Shown here in pieces: positions 26,834-40,644 of a DNA stretch of 64,000 nt. Below the pieces are notes generated by a model that was given only the letters and a program-made list of their open reading frames with translations, did no database searches and had not been told where the DNA came from. This DNA is from Octopus bimaculoides (lineage: Eukaryota), in NCBI RefSeq assembly GCF_001194135.2, contig NC_068984.1, forward strand, positions 141,415,518 through 141,479,517. Direction: 5' to 3'. The position numbers were made by a program, and so were the translations under genes. Position 1 is the stretch's first letter. Each line of letters starts with the position of its first letter.

Positions 26834-29800
26834 GTAAATGGAATCATCATTAACATCAGTGTCGTGTTGTTTTCTTCTATATTTTTTTCTCCTCCTTGTA
26901 TCTATCGACTTTTTCTCCCTTGTTTATTTTCTTGAGATTTAATACAAATTGTAAAATTCTATTATCAGGGTCAATTTTCTTTCTTGTTTTGAACTTTAGG
27001 AAACTGAATTAAATTATAATTCTTAAAGGTAAAATTCATCACCAATTAAAAGTGGATGTTGTGTTGGAACACGCAATGCTGTTGTGATATTTGCCATAAG
27101 GGAATCTCTCATATGAACTTGTGGTGCGTGAAAGCACTCTTGGCTAATGGGTTCTGTGATTCTGTGTATATCGCTAGTGGGACTGTTACTGCTATTTTCA
27201 GCAGTCAGTTATCCATCATTGACAAGCCCAAAGAAGGCCAAAATCACATGATCTAGTAGTCTTGGCAGTGGGGATTAGTGTTACAAATCAGAGTGCTTAT
27301 AAATACCACAAACCATAGAGGTTCTCTCTTGGTAAATATTGCAGAATTGTGTGTTCTAACACAACATCCACTTTTAAATGGGAATAAATATTTACCTTTT
27401 GGTATTAATACTGCTTCTATCATTTTATTTTCTAATTCTTAAAGTTAAATTTCAGAGAAATATTTTATATTTTATTAATCACACTGAGTTTGTATACTTC
27501 GTTATTGAACCTGAGTTTGTGTATATTAATTATGAGTGTATATGTTTCATTATGAAACTGGGTTTTATGTGTATTTAATTATTAAACTGGGTTATATCCT
27601 ATTGAAATACGATTTATCAAGAATAGAATATCTTTGCTTATGGAGGTGTGTCTGCTCAGCTGTACAACTTAACTCCTAAATTTCTGTTAATATTGAATTG
27701 TTAACGAGCATTTGTATTCCATTCAAAAGTCTATTTACTAAAACTGCCATGTTATTTATTTTTCAGAAATGCCATTGTATAGGTGTGTGTGTGTGTGTGT
27801 GTCTATGAGTGTTTGTATGTGTAATAGTTTACTGCGTAGTAAGCTCTGTAATCTGGTACCATCTCAACAACCGAGAGAATGAACATGTGGTCTTCAGTGT
27901 TTGACATAAAGCATCCTCATCACCACAATGTAACTCATCATCATCATCATCATCATCATCATTATTATCATCATCATCATCATCATAATCATCAGCATCA
28001 TTTAACGTCCATTGTCCATGCTGGCATGGGTTGGATGGTTTGACCAGGGCTGCCAAGCTGGAAGGCTGCACCAGACTCCTCCAGTCATGTGTTTCGGCAT
28101 GATCTCTATGGTTGGATGCCCTTCCTAATGCTAACCACTTTGCAGGTGTGCATGCATGCATACATGTGCACACACACACACACAGATTAATGTCTGAAGA
28201 AGGCAACTGAAAGAAGAACGGCCTCTAAACTCATAAACCATCTGTATTTCTATAAAATGAGAAGTGAAATGGAATTTTTATGAACTCGTATTGAGCTTTA
28301 CGTCTCTTCCCCACTTCTGTCCCACCTTAGTGTAGGTACCAAAGTCTGCATTGTTTTAGCATCTCATGGCATGAAGAATTTTAGAATACATGGTTTTTAT
28401 CTTGAACTAATTCAAATGTGCGAAAAAATAAGTCGTATATCTTCACCACCATCATCATCATCATTTGATTATCATTTAGTGTCCACTCTTCTATATTTCT
28501 GTGGGTCAGATAGAATTTATTGAGGTAGATTTTCTATGACCAGATGCCCTTCCTGTCACCAACCCTCACCTGTTTCCAAGCAAAGTAATATTTCCCCATG
28601 GCCAGACATGTTTTATTTTTACAGAAGACTTGAAATAAGCAACCTTGTTTATGCGTCTGCCGAATCCATTCACAAGGCTTTACTCGAACTGTTGCTATAG
28701 TAGAAGAACTTGCCTAAGGTGCTGCACAGTGGCACTGAACCCAACACCACATGGTTGGGGAGCGAGCTGTTTAACCACACAGCCATGTCAGTGCTAGCTG
28801 AGCATTGCGTTCTTGAGCAAGACACTTCATTTCACACTTCTCCAGCCCACTCAGCTGTAAATGGGTCACTTCTGCAACGGAATAGCCTTCTGATCAGGGG
28901 ACAATGTTGTCCCTGCTCACACCTAGCCAGCAGAGTGGCATCATTCGAAAGCTAAAACCATGTGAAGCACATTGTAACCAGTGATGTATAACATCTGATA
29001 TTCTGGTCAATATTGTCACACGCACACGCGTTTTCTCACTCCCCCCCACACCCACACACCCCCTCTCTCTAAATTTAAATGAAGTTTGCAGCAACCATCC
29101 CCCAATTCATGTTAAAAATAATTCCCAGGTGGCGGAAATAGTAGAAGGTTGACCTTTAATGTTTTACAGTTTCGTTTTATCTCTCTGGATTCAAATCTGG
29201 CTGGGTCCAGTTTTTCCCAGTGCAATTTGTCTGACCCTCTTCTTTACATTCTCCGTGACATTAAGAAGCAAAAACAGTAGGCCCTTTCATTCAGGTGACA
29301 TATATGGAACCTTTGTCCACTTTGAACACCTGCTGGAAAATAAAGGCAAAGAAGGAACTAAGGGCCAGATCTGAATGTTCAGTACAGATTGAACTCTGCT
29401 AAAATTATCCAAGAACTAGAGTATGGTATTAAAGCTGGGTAATGTGTGTGTGGGTGAGAAACTCACTACTCTTCCCTCGAAACTGGTCTTGTACTCACTG
29501 CAAAGAAGTCAGTGTAAATACTTTCTAGTTTTTCTTTTTCGTTAGCCACAATTTGTTTGCTAATTATTAATGAAGTGTTAAAATAAATAATGTTATCATT
29601 AAAAAATGGAAGAAAGATAAACATTACTGTTTCCTCTTTTATTTTGAAACAAAGGTGTAGACATCTTATTAAATGGTTAAAAGTACATCTTGTACTTCTA
29701 TAGGTGTGTTATATAAACATACCTGCACAGTTATTAATTAGTCTCTCTGGGATTCCTTCTTTAATAACAAGGACAGTTTTTTTTAAAACAGGAATTCTCC

Positions 29801-30211
29801 TTTCCTGATGTAATTTGGAAGCAGCCATCTTCGTTAGAATCTAACGAAGTTGCCTTCTACTCGTTACAGACATCTTTCACATCATTACACTCTTGCTTCA
29901 CTGGGTTAATTTAATTAGCAGACTTTGCATCCTTAACTAATTTTCACGAATGAATCCAGACATCAACCAGATGTGTCTAAGATATGTGATTCTGGTGGAA
30001 GGAAAATGGATAAAAAATCGGTGGAACATCTACGACTGGAATTTACTAAATATGGTTAGAAATGCTAATGAGGCTGATAAAAATTGACCCCAGGACTTAT
30101 TCTTTGTAAGCCTAGTACTTATTCTATTGATCCCTTTTGCCGAACTGTTAAGTGACGGGGACGTAAACACACCAGCATCAGTTGTCAAGCGATGTTGGAG
30201 GGAGAAACACA

Positions 30212-30254
<43 letters not shown>

Positions 30255-32040
30255 GACAGGCTTCTTTCAGTTTCCGTCTACAAAATCTACTCACAAGGCT
30301 TTGGTCAGCCCGAGGCTATAGTAGAAGACACTTGCCCAAGGTGCCACGCAGTTGGACTGAATCCGGAACCATGTGGTTGGTAAGCAAGCTACTTACCACA
30401 CAGCCACTCATTAATTTAGTTTTATTTAATTGTTTTTATAAGTTTATCTGGGAAGAAGGGGCAATCTCCCATCACCCTGTAGGACCTGAGTAAACTTCAA
30501 GCGAGGGTCTCCAACAAAGGAATCCAGTGTGTGGGGTGGTATGTGTGGCCTAAATGTTTGTAACAGGCTTAGTCGGTTAGTCCACATTAAGGTGCATAGG
30601 GGTAGTTTTCTGGTTTATCTCACATTTATATTCCTCCCAGGATGGGACACCAGTCTGTCACAGGTTACTCCTTTTCATCAGCTGAGTGGATGGACTGGAG
30701 CAATGTGAAATGGAGTGGTTTGCTTGAGAACACAACACATTGCCTGGTTCAGGAATTGAAACTACAATCTTACAATCACAAGTCCAACACCCTAACCACT
30801 GAGCCATGTGCCTATTGTGACAGAGTGAACCTCAATAATGTACTCAAGGGCCAAGTAATAGTATTAAACTGGGTGGTGTGTCCCTCCTGCTGCTACCCAG
30901 ACTAACTGTTGAATAAGTGAATAAATAAATAACATAAAATTAATACTTACACTCTGACAAAATGGGTCCAAATAGATGAGTGGGGTTTTGCTGCTCTCCC
31001 AGCTAACCAGGTCGGCAGAATCTTGATAAAGGGGACATTTTGTATCTTACTACCAGAAGCAGCCCGTTATCCCCTGCTGATCCACTTATGTCTCAACAGA
31101 CTAATCCACCTCGGAATATATATGGAATTGTGCAAAATGCAAGAAATTACTACTGAATCTAAGCTGAACTAGCTGTATGTAGAGGCCATAAAAGACACAC
31201 ACACATACACACACACTATGCATTAAGGTATACCCCCCCCCCCATCGCCCACCTCCCTTTCCTCTACAGACTTACCACAAACAGGTGAATGCTTGAAGCA
31301 AATGCTAAAAACTCAATCTGAAAGAGAAATTGTATCGGATCCCTGCACGTACATACATCCACAATGAAGAATGTGAACCCATTTCAGTGTTAATTACCTT
31401 CATCTCCTAATTATAATCCCTTTAGGCCTTTAGGATGCAACATGGAATAGACATTCCTGTGTGTATCCATGTATTATTTTCCGTGTTCTTTTGCCAGTTT
31501 ATAATATGATTCATGCTAGTTTCCCTCATATTCCTTGAACCTGTTTACCTGTTCATAATAAAGACAATAAATAAGTTTTAAAATAAAAACAGTAAGTAAA
31601 ATTATTAAAATAATAACAACGGTAATGATTTATAACGATATTAATTTATCAGGCGTTTAGGTTGTTTAGAATTTCTGTGTCTGTTGCAAGTTGACTTCGG
31701 CGTAGCATGTTTTTCTTTTGCTAATGTGGAGTTCTGGAATCGGAATTCTTGCTAAGAGGATTAAGAGAATTCTTTATAGATTAGTAAACTTTTTTCTTAG
31801 AAGGAAGGAAGGGGATCGAGTGTTTGGTTCCTTCAACTTTGTGTTTGACTTTAGGTATTGTTACCCCTGCCAACCACCACCCCTTTATCTACGGTTTTGT
31901 TATTTATTTATTTCCAAGACCAATTTTTTTTTTTTATATCTGGGATTGAGAAAATTGTAAGCAATCTAACTGTAAACAAAATAACTAATTATTATTATTA
32001 TTATTATTGTTATTATTATTATTATAGTAGTTGGAGGTAT

Positions 32041-32252
32041 AATTTTGTGTAGGTGTTAAGAGTAGGGGCCGGTATGCTTGTGTGTAGGGGTTAAGATTAG
32101 GGGCTGGTATGGTTGTGTGTAGGGGTTGAGAATAGGGGCTGGCATAGACAGTTTTGTGTAGGGGCTGAGAATAGGAGCTGATGTGTGTACGGGTTAAGAA
32201 TAGGGGCTGGTATCGGTGCATGTAGGAGTTAAGAATAGAGGCTGGTATAGCT
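32041..32252 (+). repeat. G-rich minisatellite of about 33-36 nt, about 6 units
   Basis: Recurrent TGTGTAGGGGTTAAGAATAGGGGCTGGTAT-like unit. Confidence 0.8.
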
Positions 32253-33194
32253 GTGTGTGTGTGCGTGTGTATTTAAGAAGTTTGGTTTGAAATCACAAGG
32301 CTTAGGAATCGGTCTCATTGTATATCACTAATATCTTCTAGTATAGCTTAGAACGTAGCAATATTTTTGTGAGCGAAATTGCGTTTTAGTTTTCCAAATT
32401 GTATTGATGTGAATGAGACCCATCTTTACAGATCTTCTTATTTAAGTTTTCTTCTACTATTGAGAAACCCTTATCCTGTGGCTTATTCTACTTAAGAGCT
32501 GCCCTTTACTTTCCTGTCACACTCTATGTGCTTCGTTCATTCATAGCAGATTTTTTAATTAGCCAAAAATTGTGAATATGAAGATTGTGTTGATAGCTAT
32601 GGGGTGCTAGACTTTTGTTCTGGTCTTTCATATCTTTCATGCCAAAGTGTAGGGGATAGCAGGCTCTCTTGTCTCATACCCTTGCACCAGACCAAACTGT
32701 CAGCTGACTACCCATGACCCCTGTACACTTGGCATTATCATACCTTTCTCAGGAGTTTCACCTATTGTCATCATCATCTATGCTAGATTGTGTGAATCCT
32801 TTAGCATTTAAACTGGCCATATCTGGCCCAGATATTCTACCTTGTTTTATGATCAAATTAGCCAGATCCAGCCTCTCATACGTACCCTATTATGTCATTC
32901 TAAGAATAATTCTATCATGCTTTTAGTATTGTGTCCTTCATAGTATCACAACCCAACTAAGACTCTTATAATTCCAATATCTCACAAGAGAGAAGCTGCT
33001 TAGAATATTCTGACAAGACCTGTCTCCACTTGGAATGTAAGAACATGTAACATTGAATATTGGCTGGAATTACTCTCAGTGGAATGATGAATTTCAAAAT
33101 TTTTAGTGTCTCTGGTGATATTGGAACACAAGTATACCAGACGCAAATGAAGTGAAAAACTGTATCATTATCCATTCACGTGTACCATTTCGAG

Positions 33195-33428
33195 CGTGGC
33201 CGTTGCCAGTATCGCCTGACTGGCCTTCGTGCGGGTGACACGTAAAAGCACCTACTACACTCTCTGAGTGGTTGGCGTTAGGAAGGGCATCCAGCTGTAG
33301 AAACTCTGCCAAATTTAGATTGGAGCCTGATGTTGCCATCCGGTTTCACCAGTCCTCAGTCAAATTGTCCAACCCATGCTAGCATGGAAAGCAGACGTTA
33401 AACGATGATGATGATGATGATGATGATG
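33195..33428 (+). mobile_element. SINE family D 3' portion (AGGAAGGGCATCCAGCTG ... (GAT)n tail)
   Basis: Other copies at 18104-18325 -, 25485-25680 +, 27990-28150 -, 50650-50810 +, 57668-57865 -, 62078-62198 -. Confidence 0.85.
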
Positions 33429-34514
33429 TAGATGAAGTAACATTGAAAGACAAGGAATGGTTTTGATAGAAGAGAAAGAATTTGCGGGAAAAAAAAAAGC
33501 ATCATATCCTTTGATTGTTTAAAGTGCTTAACGAGGGCTTATTTTAATGCGAATGTTATAGTAAACATTTTCCATGTCTATGTCCCAAAACTCAAGTTAC
33601 AAAGATGAATTCTTTGACGACCTGCAAACCAAAGTAAACCAGTTTCTGCAAAACAGCTCTTGCAAAATCATTGGAGTTTTCAATGCTAAAATAAAAGAAG
33701 ACCAATGCTAAAACTGGTGAAATGTTAGACACAAATATGGTTTTGTGGGGCAACTAGTGCTGCAATTTTGTGTGCAATGAATGGATTTTCAGAGCAGCAT
33801 AGGTCTCATCCAGTAAACAACCAGACCCTTAATCAAACATTATCATCCAGAAGAAAAAAAAAAAAAAGCTGGAAGCTCAAACTAAAACCTAGCAGAACTT
33901 AGAAAAGTGTTGAGATTGGTTCTGTTGATTTTCTGTTCTTGGGAAGTTTTGTTATCTACAAAGTAAACGAAAATACAGATTTTGTTGAAATGATAGGATG
34001 TGTATGAAATTGTTAGTAAAGACCTGGTTGGAAAATTTGAAACGTTGGGTGGGGAGGATGCTTTTGTGGGCAGGGGTGGTCGTGGTGCTGTGGCTCAAGA
34101 TGGGTGGCATAGGGTGAAGCATGTGTTTGGAAGAGACAACAAATAAAATAACAGAAAGAACCACTGTGTGTGTGTGTGCGTAGAGAGAGAGAGAGCATAC
34201 AATTATGTGTGTGTGTATGTTGATATTTTTAGATGTATATATGTCTGTGTAAATGTGTATATGTGTGTGTGTATATATGTATAAATTCATGGTGTAAAAA
34301 GATATGGACGTGTGTTGTAACATCGTTTTGTACATTTGTGTTTATATATACAAGAGATTATGAGAATTGCTTGACAAACTGCTGGTCACATATATGTCTA
34401 TGCACAGAAACACTTATATACACATGCTCATACATACGCAGCCACGCTTTAACATACAAATCCATACTTGAACACACACGTACCTACACTTGTATATGCA
34501 CACACACACAGTTG

Positions 34515-34555
<41 letters not shown>

Positions 34556-34772
34556 ACAAACACACACACCTGTACACACCTTGATACTTGTGCAGAGAAC
34601 CATTTCCATGTGTATACCATTTGATCTTGTTTGTTAATTTAATCTGCTCCAATTTAAAATTGAGAATCCATATTGAATCAGGTCAGTTGTTTGATCATCC
34701 AGAATATTCTAGAATCTTATCCTTCTCTTATTTTTTTTTCTCTCTCTCTCTCTCTCTCTCCTCGTTATTTAG

Positions 34773-35170
34773 GAACTTCAGCGGCAGAAATCTAATTATG
34801 AGCGGCAGAAGAAGCATGCAGTGCACCTTCGGATGCAGCAAGAAGAGGCTGAGAGAGAGCTGAAGCAACCAAAGAGTATTGACAGCCAGCGAGAGGAGAT
34901 GCGGCGGTTGAACATGATTGTCAAAGAGAAGCAAGACCAGGAGATGATACGACAGCGTCTGCAAGGGGACCAGGACGAAGGAAAAGTTGAAAGCCAGCAG
35001 CTGCCAGATGCAGTGCAACAACAACAACAACAACAGTTGGCAGAAGTGCAGAAATCTGAAGAGCTGAGAAGGGTTGAACCTGTCAGTCGAGTGCCGCTAC
35101 AGGAGAAAGAGAAAGCAACGGTGAGAAAGGACAAAACGGAGGAGACACTGAAGACCAAAGTAGACAATAA
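34773..35170 (+). CDS. Coding exon, Q/E/K-rich coiled coil (ELQRQKSNYERQKK...KTKVDN), phase 0-2; possible alternative donor at 35121
   Basis: (CT)n tract + ttatttag acceptor; 132 open codons; donor AA|gtatgt at 35171; internal ACG|gtgaga at 35121. Confidence 0.85.
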
Positions 35171-35654
35171 GTATGTTCTTTGGGTTTTTCCCCCTTCACC
35201 AATTTCTTCTCACAAAACTTTCATCTCCATTGCCCCAAATCTTTGCCTTTATTACTGTTTTTTTTTCTTTTTTNNNNNNNNNNNNNNNNNNNNNNNNNNN
35301 NNNNNNNNNNNNNNNNNNNNNNNNNNNNNNNNNNNNNNNNNNNNNNNNNNNNNNNNNNNNNNNNNNNNNNNNNNNNNNNNNNNNNNNNNNNNNNNNNNNN
35401 NNNNNNNNNNNNNNNNNNNNNNNNNNNNNNNNNNNNNNNNNNNNNNNNNNNNNNNNNNNNNNNNNNNNNNNNNNNNNNNNNNNNNNNNNNCCCCCCCCCC
35501 CCATTTATGAACTCTTTTATTTGTTCTTCAGAATTATTTGTGAAGATTTTTTTTCTCCCCTACTTTTATTCTCATCTCTGTGTTTCTCTCTCTATCTTTC
35601 TACTGGACTCTATTCATTTTTCATCTCTCTCTCTCTTCTCAGTTGTTCCCTTAA

Positions 35655-35875
35655 CCCTTTCGTTACCGTATTTCTGTTGAGATGCTCTGTGTTTCTTTCA
35701 ATTACTTTGAATATAACAAAGAATTTAGTAAAATAACTTAGTTATCATTCAGCTAGTGTTAGGAACTTAAATTGTGACTAAGGTTTGGTGAAAGATATTA
35801 ATTCAAAACTTATGAAAACAAGACATTTGTACTACAGAGCCAGAGCCGGTTTCATCCAGGTTGTTATCGAAAGGG
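35655..35875 (-). mobile_element. piggyBac-like MITE, family 1, opposite orientation
   Basis: TTAA at 35651-35654 and 35876-35879; the body is the reverse complement of 8606-8823. Confidence 0.8.
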
Positions 35876-36086
35876 TTAAGAATTGTTTCTCTATTATATA
35901 TTTTAAATCAATATCTCTCAACGTTTTTACCCTTATGGGCTCCTTTCATTCCTATTTTCCTTTACTGGACCTTCCATAGCCATTCATAGTATATTAAACT
36001 ACATCCTGCTGTATTTTCATTATGAAATATCATGAGGAGTTGCATAAATAAAAAAAAAAGTGTAGTTCAGAAATATAATCAATTTA

Positions 36087-36246
36087 CAGTTCTATATTTA
36101 ATAACATCGAAAAATACCTTAGGAATGAGAACCCAGGTTTGAAATTTCCCCAAGACACCTGATGACGGCTGGAGGGTATATCAGCCAAAACGTTGTGTTA
36201 ACAACAAAAAAGATGAGCACAAATATCCGTCAAATGTAAATAATGT
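36087..36246 (+). mobile_element. 5'-truncated copy of the same hammerhead-bearing element (motif 36154-36199, G12 to A)
   Basis: Near-identical to 47.39-47.52 kb; 14-nt direct repeat ATATAATCAATTTA at 36073-36086 and 36247-36260. Confidence 0.85.
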
Positions 36247-36674
36247 ATATAATCAATTTATTGGAGATAAAAACTTTAACAACAAAATCTTATTTGGATC
36301 CCAAAGGGCCACATGAGACCTGATTGAGAACCTTTGACTTAAATATTTCACTTTCTCTGATCCCTTGATCTTCTCTACCTCTCTGTCTCTCTCTCTCTCT
36401 CATAGGACTCCTCATTGCTATTCTACTTCCTCTTCATTTCTCTCTTTCTCACTTGTTTCACTGAAATCCCTTTGATTCCCTCCTCATCATCCATCTGTCC
36501 TCCATGTATCTCCAGAGAAATTTCACCAACCTTCACTTTTATAAATTCCTCCTCCATGTTTTTCCAGATTTTGTTTTTCTTCATTTCTTCCTTTCTGGAA
36601 ACCCTGGCAACATCTTTTTTTTTTAACATCACCTGAGGTCACATCTTTCTGTATCAGTTTTTCACTTTGCAGCA

Positions 36675-36724
<50 letters not shown>

Positions 36725-36852
36725 ATATACGTGTGCATGTTTGTTCATATACACCTATTCTTTACAGTATTGTCACTCCACGGGGTTCATCAAAGTTCCA
36801 TCGAAGAAGTTCCTTGCAAAAACACACCTTAATTTAAGTGTGTGTGTGTGAA

Positions 36853-37064
36853 GGCACATGGCTTAGTGGTTGGGATATTTGGCTCATGATCGTAAGGTCA
36901 TGAGTTCAGTTCCCGGCGACGTGTTGTGTCCTTGAGCAAGACACTTTATTTCACGTTGCTCCAGTCCACTCAGCTGGCAAAGAGGAGTTGTACCAGTAAT
37001 TACAAAGGGGCCAGCCTTGCCACATTCTGTGTCATGCTGAATCTCCTTGAGAACTGTGTTAAGG
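36853..37064 (+). mobile_element. SINE family A (tRNA head GGCACATGGCTTAGTGG, CORE-like GTGTCCTTGAGCAAGACACTT)
   Basis: Related copies at 24420-24705 +, 30640-30822 -, 47750-47905 -, and a variant at 54785-55092 +. Confidence 0.8.
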
Positions 37065-38478
37065 NNNNNNNNNNNNNNNNNNNNNNNNNNNNNNNNNNNN
37101 NNNNNNNNNNNNNNNNNNNNNNNNNNNNNNNNNNNNNNNNNNNNNNNNNNNNNNNNNNNNNNNNNNNNNNNNNNNNNNNNNNNNNNNNNNNNNNNNNNNN
37201 NNNNNNNNNNNNNNNNNNNNNNNNNNNNNNNNNNNNNNNNNNNNNNNNNNNNNNNNNNNNNNNNNNNNNNNNNNNNNNNNNNNNNNNNNNNNNNNNNNNN
37301 NNNNNNNNNNNNNNNNNNNNNNNNNNNNNNNNNNNNNNNNNNNNNNNNNNNNNNNNNNNNNNNNNNNNNNNNNNNNNNNNNNNNNNNNNNNNNNNNNNNN
37401 NNNNNNNNNNNNNNNNNNNNNNNNNNNNNNNNNNNNNNNNNNNNNNNNNNNNNNNNNNNNNNNNNNNNNNNNNNNNNNNNNNGAAGTGGTGTACAGATAT
37501 TGTATATTGAAAAAAAGGTGGCAGTCAGAATTTTGGATAATTCTTTATTAGCACTTTTGTTGATTTAATTTCTATCTTGAAGAGTTCGGTTAAAAGAATG
37601 AAAGCGGTAATAAAGAATTATCCAGAATTCTGACTTCCTCCTTTTTATATATATATATATACACATTTGCCTGGTGTATCTTGACACTTTCAATTGAATA
37701 ATGCAGAATGTTCATGAGTGCATATGTGCGTGTGTGCATGTTAAATGTGAGGAGAGAGTGGAGTGCTCAGTTTGTTGTTTCTAGTTTGTGGGTGTAAAAA
37801 AAAAAAAAAGAGAAATGTCAGTGTTGTAATGGAGTGATCCTCCAACTCTGAATACATGGGTGTGTGGGTTTGAGTAAGAAGGATAGTTTATGTGCAATAT
37901 AGGAAGCAAACGTCCGACCAACCAACCAACCCCAAAAAAAACCAAATGGGCTAGAATTTAATTGAATTACTCCTGTTTTCCTTCTCCAAGAATCAATAAA
38001 GAAAGACTGAAGAAGAATGCTGTAGATAATTGCCTCAGGTATATTTCTCATCTACTAACTCTGTAGAAGAATCTTGGCTTTTTAGATCTAATTCCAACCT
38101 TGAAGTATGTTGCTCTCCACCTTTTTTCCCCACACTGATTAATGCAGGATTTGAAACCCTACCCACTCTCTCTTTTCCTATCATTTCCTCGTCCATGGCA
38201 ATCTTTTATGATGTTTGTGATACTTCATTTTTTAACACTCAACTTCTACTATGTATTTGTTTTTGCCAATAAAACATTATTATTATTATTATTATTAGGC
38301 GGTGAGCTGGCTGAATGGTTTGCATGCCGTGCGAAATGCTTAGCGTAGTGCTAACCACACCACAAAATGTACTGGGTGCTCTTAACGTGGCACCAGCGCC
38401 AGTATCAGAATGTGAAGATGGAAGAAATACCGTCAAGCATTCTTCTGGGCATGCTAGCAATTCTTTCAGCTTGCTGCC

Positions 38479-38516
<38 letters not shown>

Positions 38517-38726
38517 CCTTTCTACTGGAGGCACAAGGTCTCAAAATTGGTGGAAAGGGACTAGTCAATTACATCGACCCCACTGTTTCACTGGTGCTTA
38601 ATTTATCGACCCAGAAAGGATGAAAGGCAAAGTTGACCTTGGTGGAATTTGATCTCAGAATTTAGCAACGGGCGAAATACTGCTAAATTTTGCCTGGCAT
38701 GCTAATGATTCTGCCAACTTGCCAGC

Positions 38727-38759
<33 letters not shown>

Positions 38760-39238
38760 TTTTCAAATTTTTGCACAAGGCCAGCAAGTTTAGGGGGAGT
38801 GGACTAGTCAATTTCATTTGACCTCAGGACCTAACTTATTGACCTCAACCCCAAAGAGATGAAAGGCAAAGTTGCCCTTAGCAGAATTTAAATGATAATG
38901 ATGATATAATAATACTACTACTAATAATAATAATTGATAATTCCTAATTAAAACATCATGAAGATGGCCAGGAATTGGAAATTACTTCTAATTCTTCTTG
39001 TTTCCCTTTCTTTTCTAAATCTAATTTTATCTCTTTATACACAGAGATAAAATTAGAAGAATCTTTACAAAACTGCTTGACATAGATTTGTTTTGTTTTT
39101 TTTAACCTCTTCCGTTTTTATTTCAGCCATTATTATCTTATCATTTATTCTCCTTTTAACAATAATTTTAATACAATCGCCCATGTAAAAAAAAAAAAAA
39201 AAGAAACCTATTAGAGCTTTGTCTCTTTTCCTTTACAG

Positions 39239-39277
39239 CCAACCCACTGTAGATCAATGCTATATGAGTGTTCCTAG
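39239..39277 (+). CDS. 39-nt exon (QPTVDQCYMSVP), phase 2-2
   Basis: Acceptor tgtctcttttcctttacag; donor AG|gtagtg at 39278; phase matches the 35170 donor. Confidence 0.65.
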   Translation, partial: PTHCRSMLYECS

Positions 39278-39738
39278 GTAGTGCCATTTAACCATGTTCT
39301 TGAACAAACGGGTTCAATCTATGACACCAGTATTGATTCCTCTTGCTCTATTTCACATGAAGTTTTGGAGAACCTATCAATAATTTTAGTGAGTGACTAG
39401 GAAGAAAGAGGTAAAGGTGCTTGGAGAGGGGCAAGTGGATCCAATCACGTGATTTCTCTTTAGTTTCCTACTTGAAGTTTTATCTAATTAAGAGTGAGAT
39501 AGGTTTTCGTTTGTGTTAGTATTCTTATTCTTTATTGGCTGACGGGGTTGATATCCAGTGGCTTGCCCAAGTAGACTGTGTCTGCCTGAGTAGACACAAT
39601 CTGTTGTGCACATGACAGTTTATCTGAGGGTTTTAGTTTATTTATTAATCACTAAATTTAATGAAGTTCTTTTTCTCTTTATTTTGAAAAATAATTTTTA
39701 ACTTTAGACTATCAATAGCAGAAATGATGATGATGATA

Positions 39739-39777
<39 letters not shown>

Positions 39778-40605
39778 GTCCTTTCTACTATAGGCACAAG
39801 GTCTGAAATTTCGGGGGAAGGAGCAAGTCGATCACATTGACCCCAGTACACAACTGGTACTTAATTTATCATCCTCAAAAAGGATGAAAGGCAAAGTTGA
39901 CCTCGGTGGAATTTGAACTCACAACGTAGCGGCAGATGAAATTCCACTAAGCATTTCACCTGGCATGCTACCGATTCTGCCAGCTTGCTGCCTTCAATAA
40001 TAACGGTTTCAAATTTTGCCACAAGACCAGCCATTTTGAGGGAGGGCATAAGTCAGATACATCAACCCCAGTGTTTCACTGGTACTTAATTTATTGACCC
40101 TGAAAAAAAATCGAAGGCAAAGTCAACCACAGCGGAATTTAAGCTCAGAACATAGCAACAGACAAAATACCGATAAGCAATTTGCCTGGCATGCCAACGA
40201 TTCTGTCCGCTCACCACCTTTAAAAAATGATGATGATGATAATAATAATAATAAGAAGAAGAAGAATCATAATGCCTGTGAATGAAATCAGTTGGCAGGA
40301 ACTGAGGGGAAGTTTGTCATGCACGCGCACACACATGAATGCACATATGCACGTGTATGTGTGTGGCTGTAATTCTTAGCTCACCTTGCAGTCATTAGCA
40401 CTGTCAGAGTAAAAGACAGGGTCAGTTATTTAACCTTCAGTGACCAGTACTCTATAGTTGAGCAGATGTGATGACCGATAGAATGGAAAAAATACCTTAC
40501 TTGGAAAGAGAAGTAAGGGTTACTTCATGGGTTTAGTGTAGGCCCATTTAGTCATAAACCAGTTTTGCCATTCTCACCTACCTTTCGCATCCCTTGCTCT
40601 CTCTT

Positions 40606-40644
<39 letters not shown>

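Noticed and set aside
28190-28245. CTGAAGA-A-GGC...GCC hammerhead-like start
   Set aside because: No GAAA after the putative stem II and stem I pairing is weak.
36423-36632. Minus-strand K/E-rich ORF
   Set aside because: Reverse complement of pyrimidine-rich low-complexity DNA, with no splice support or recognisable motif.
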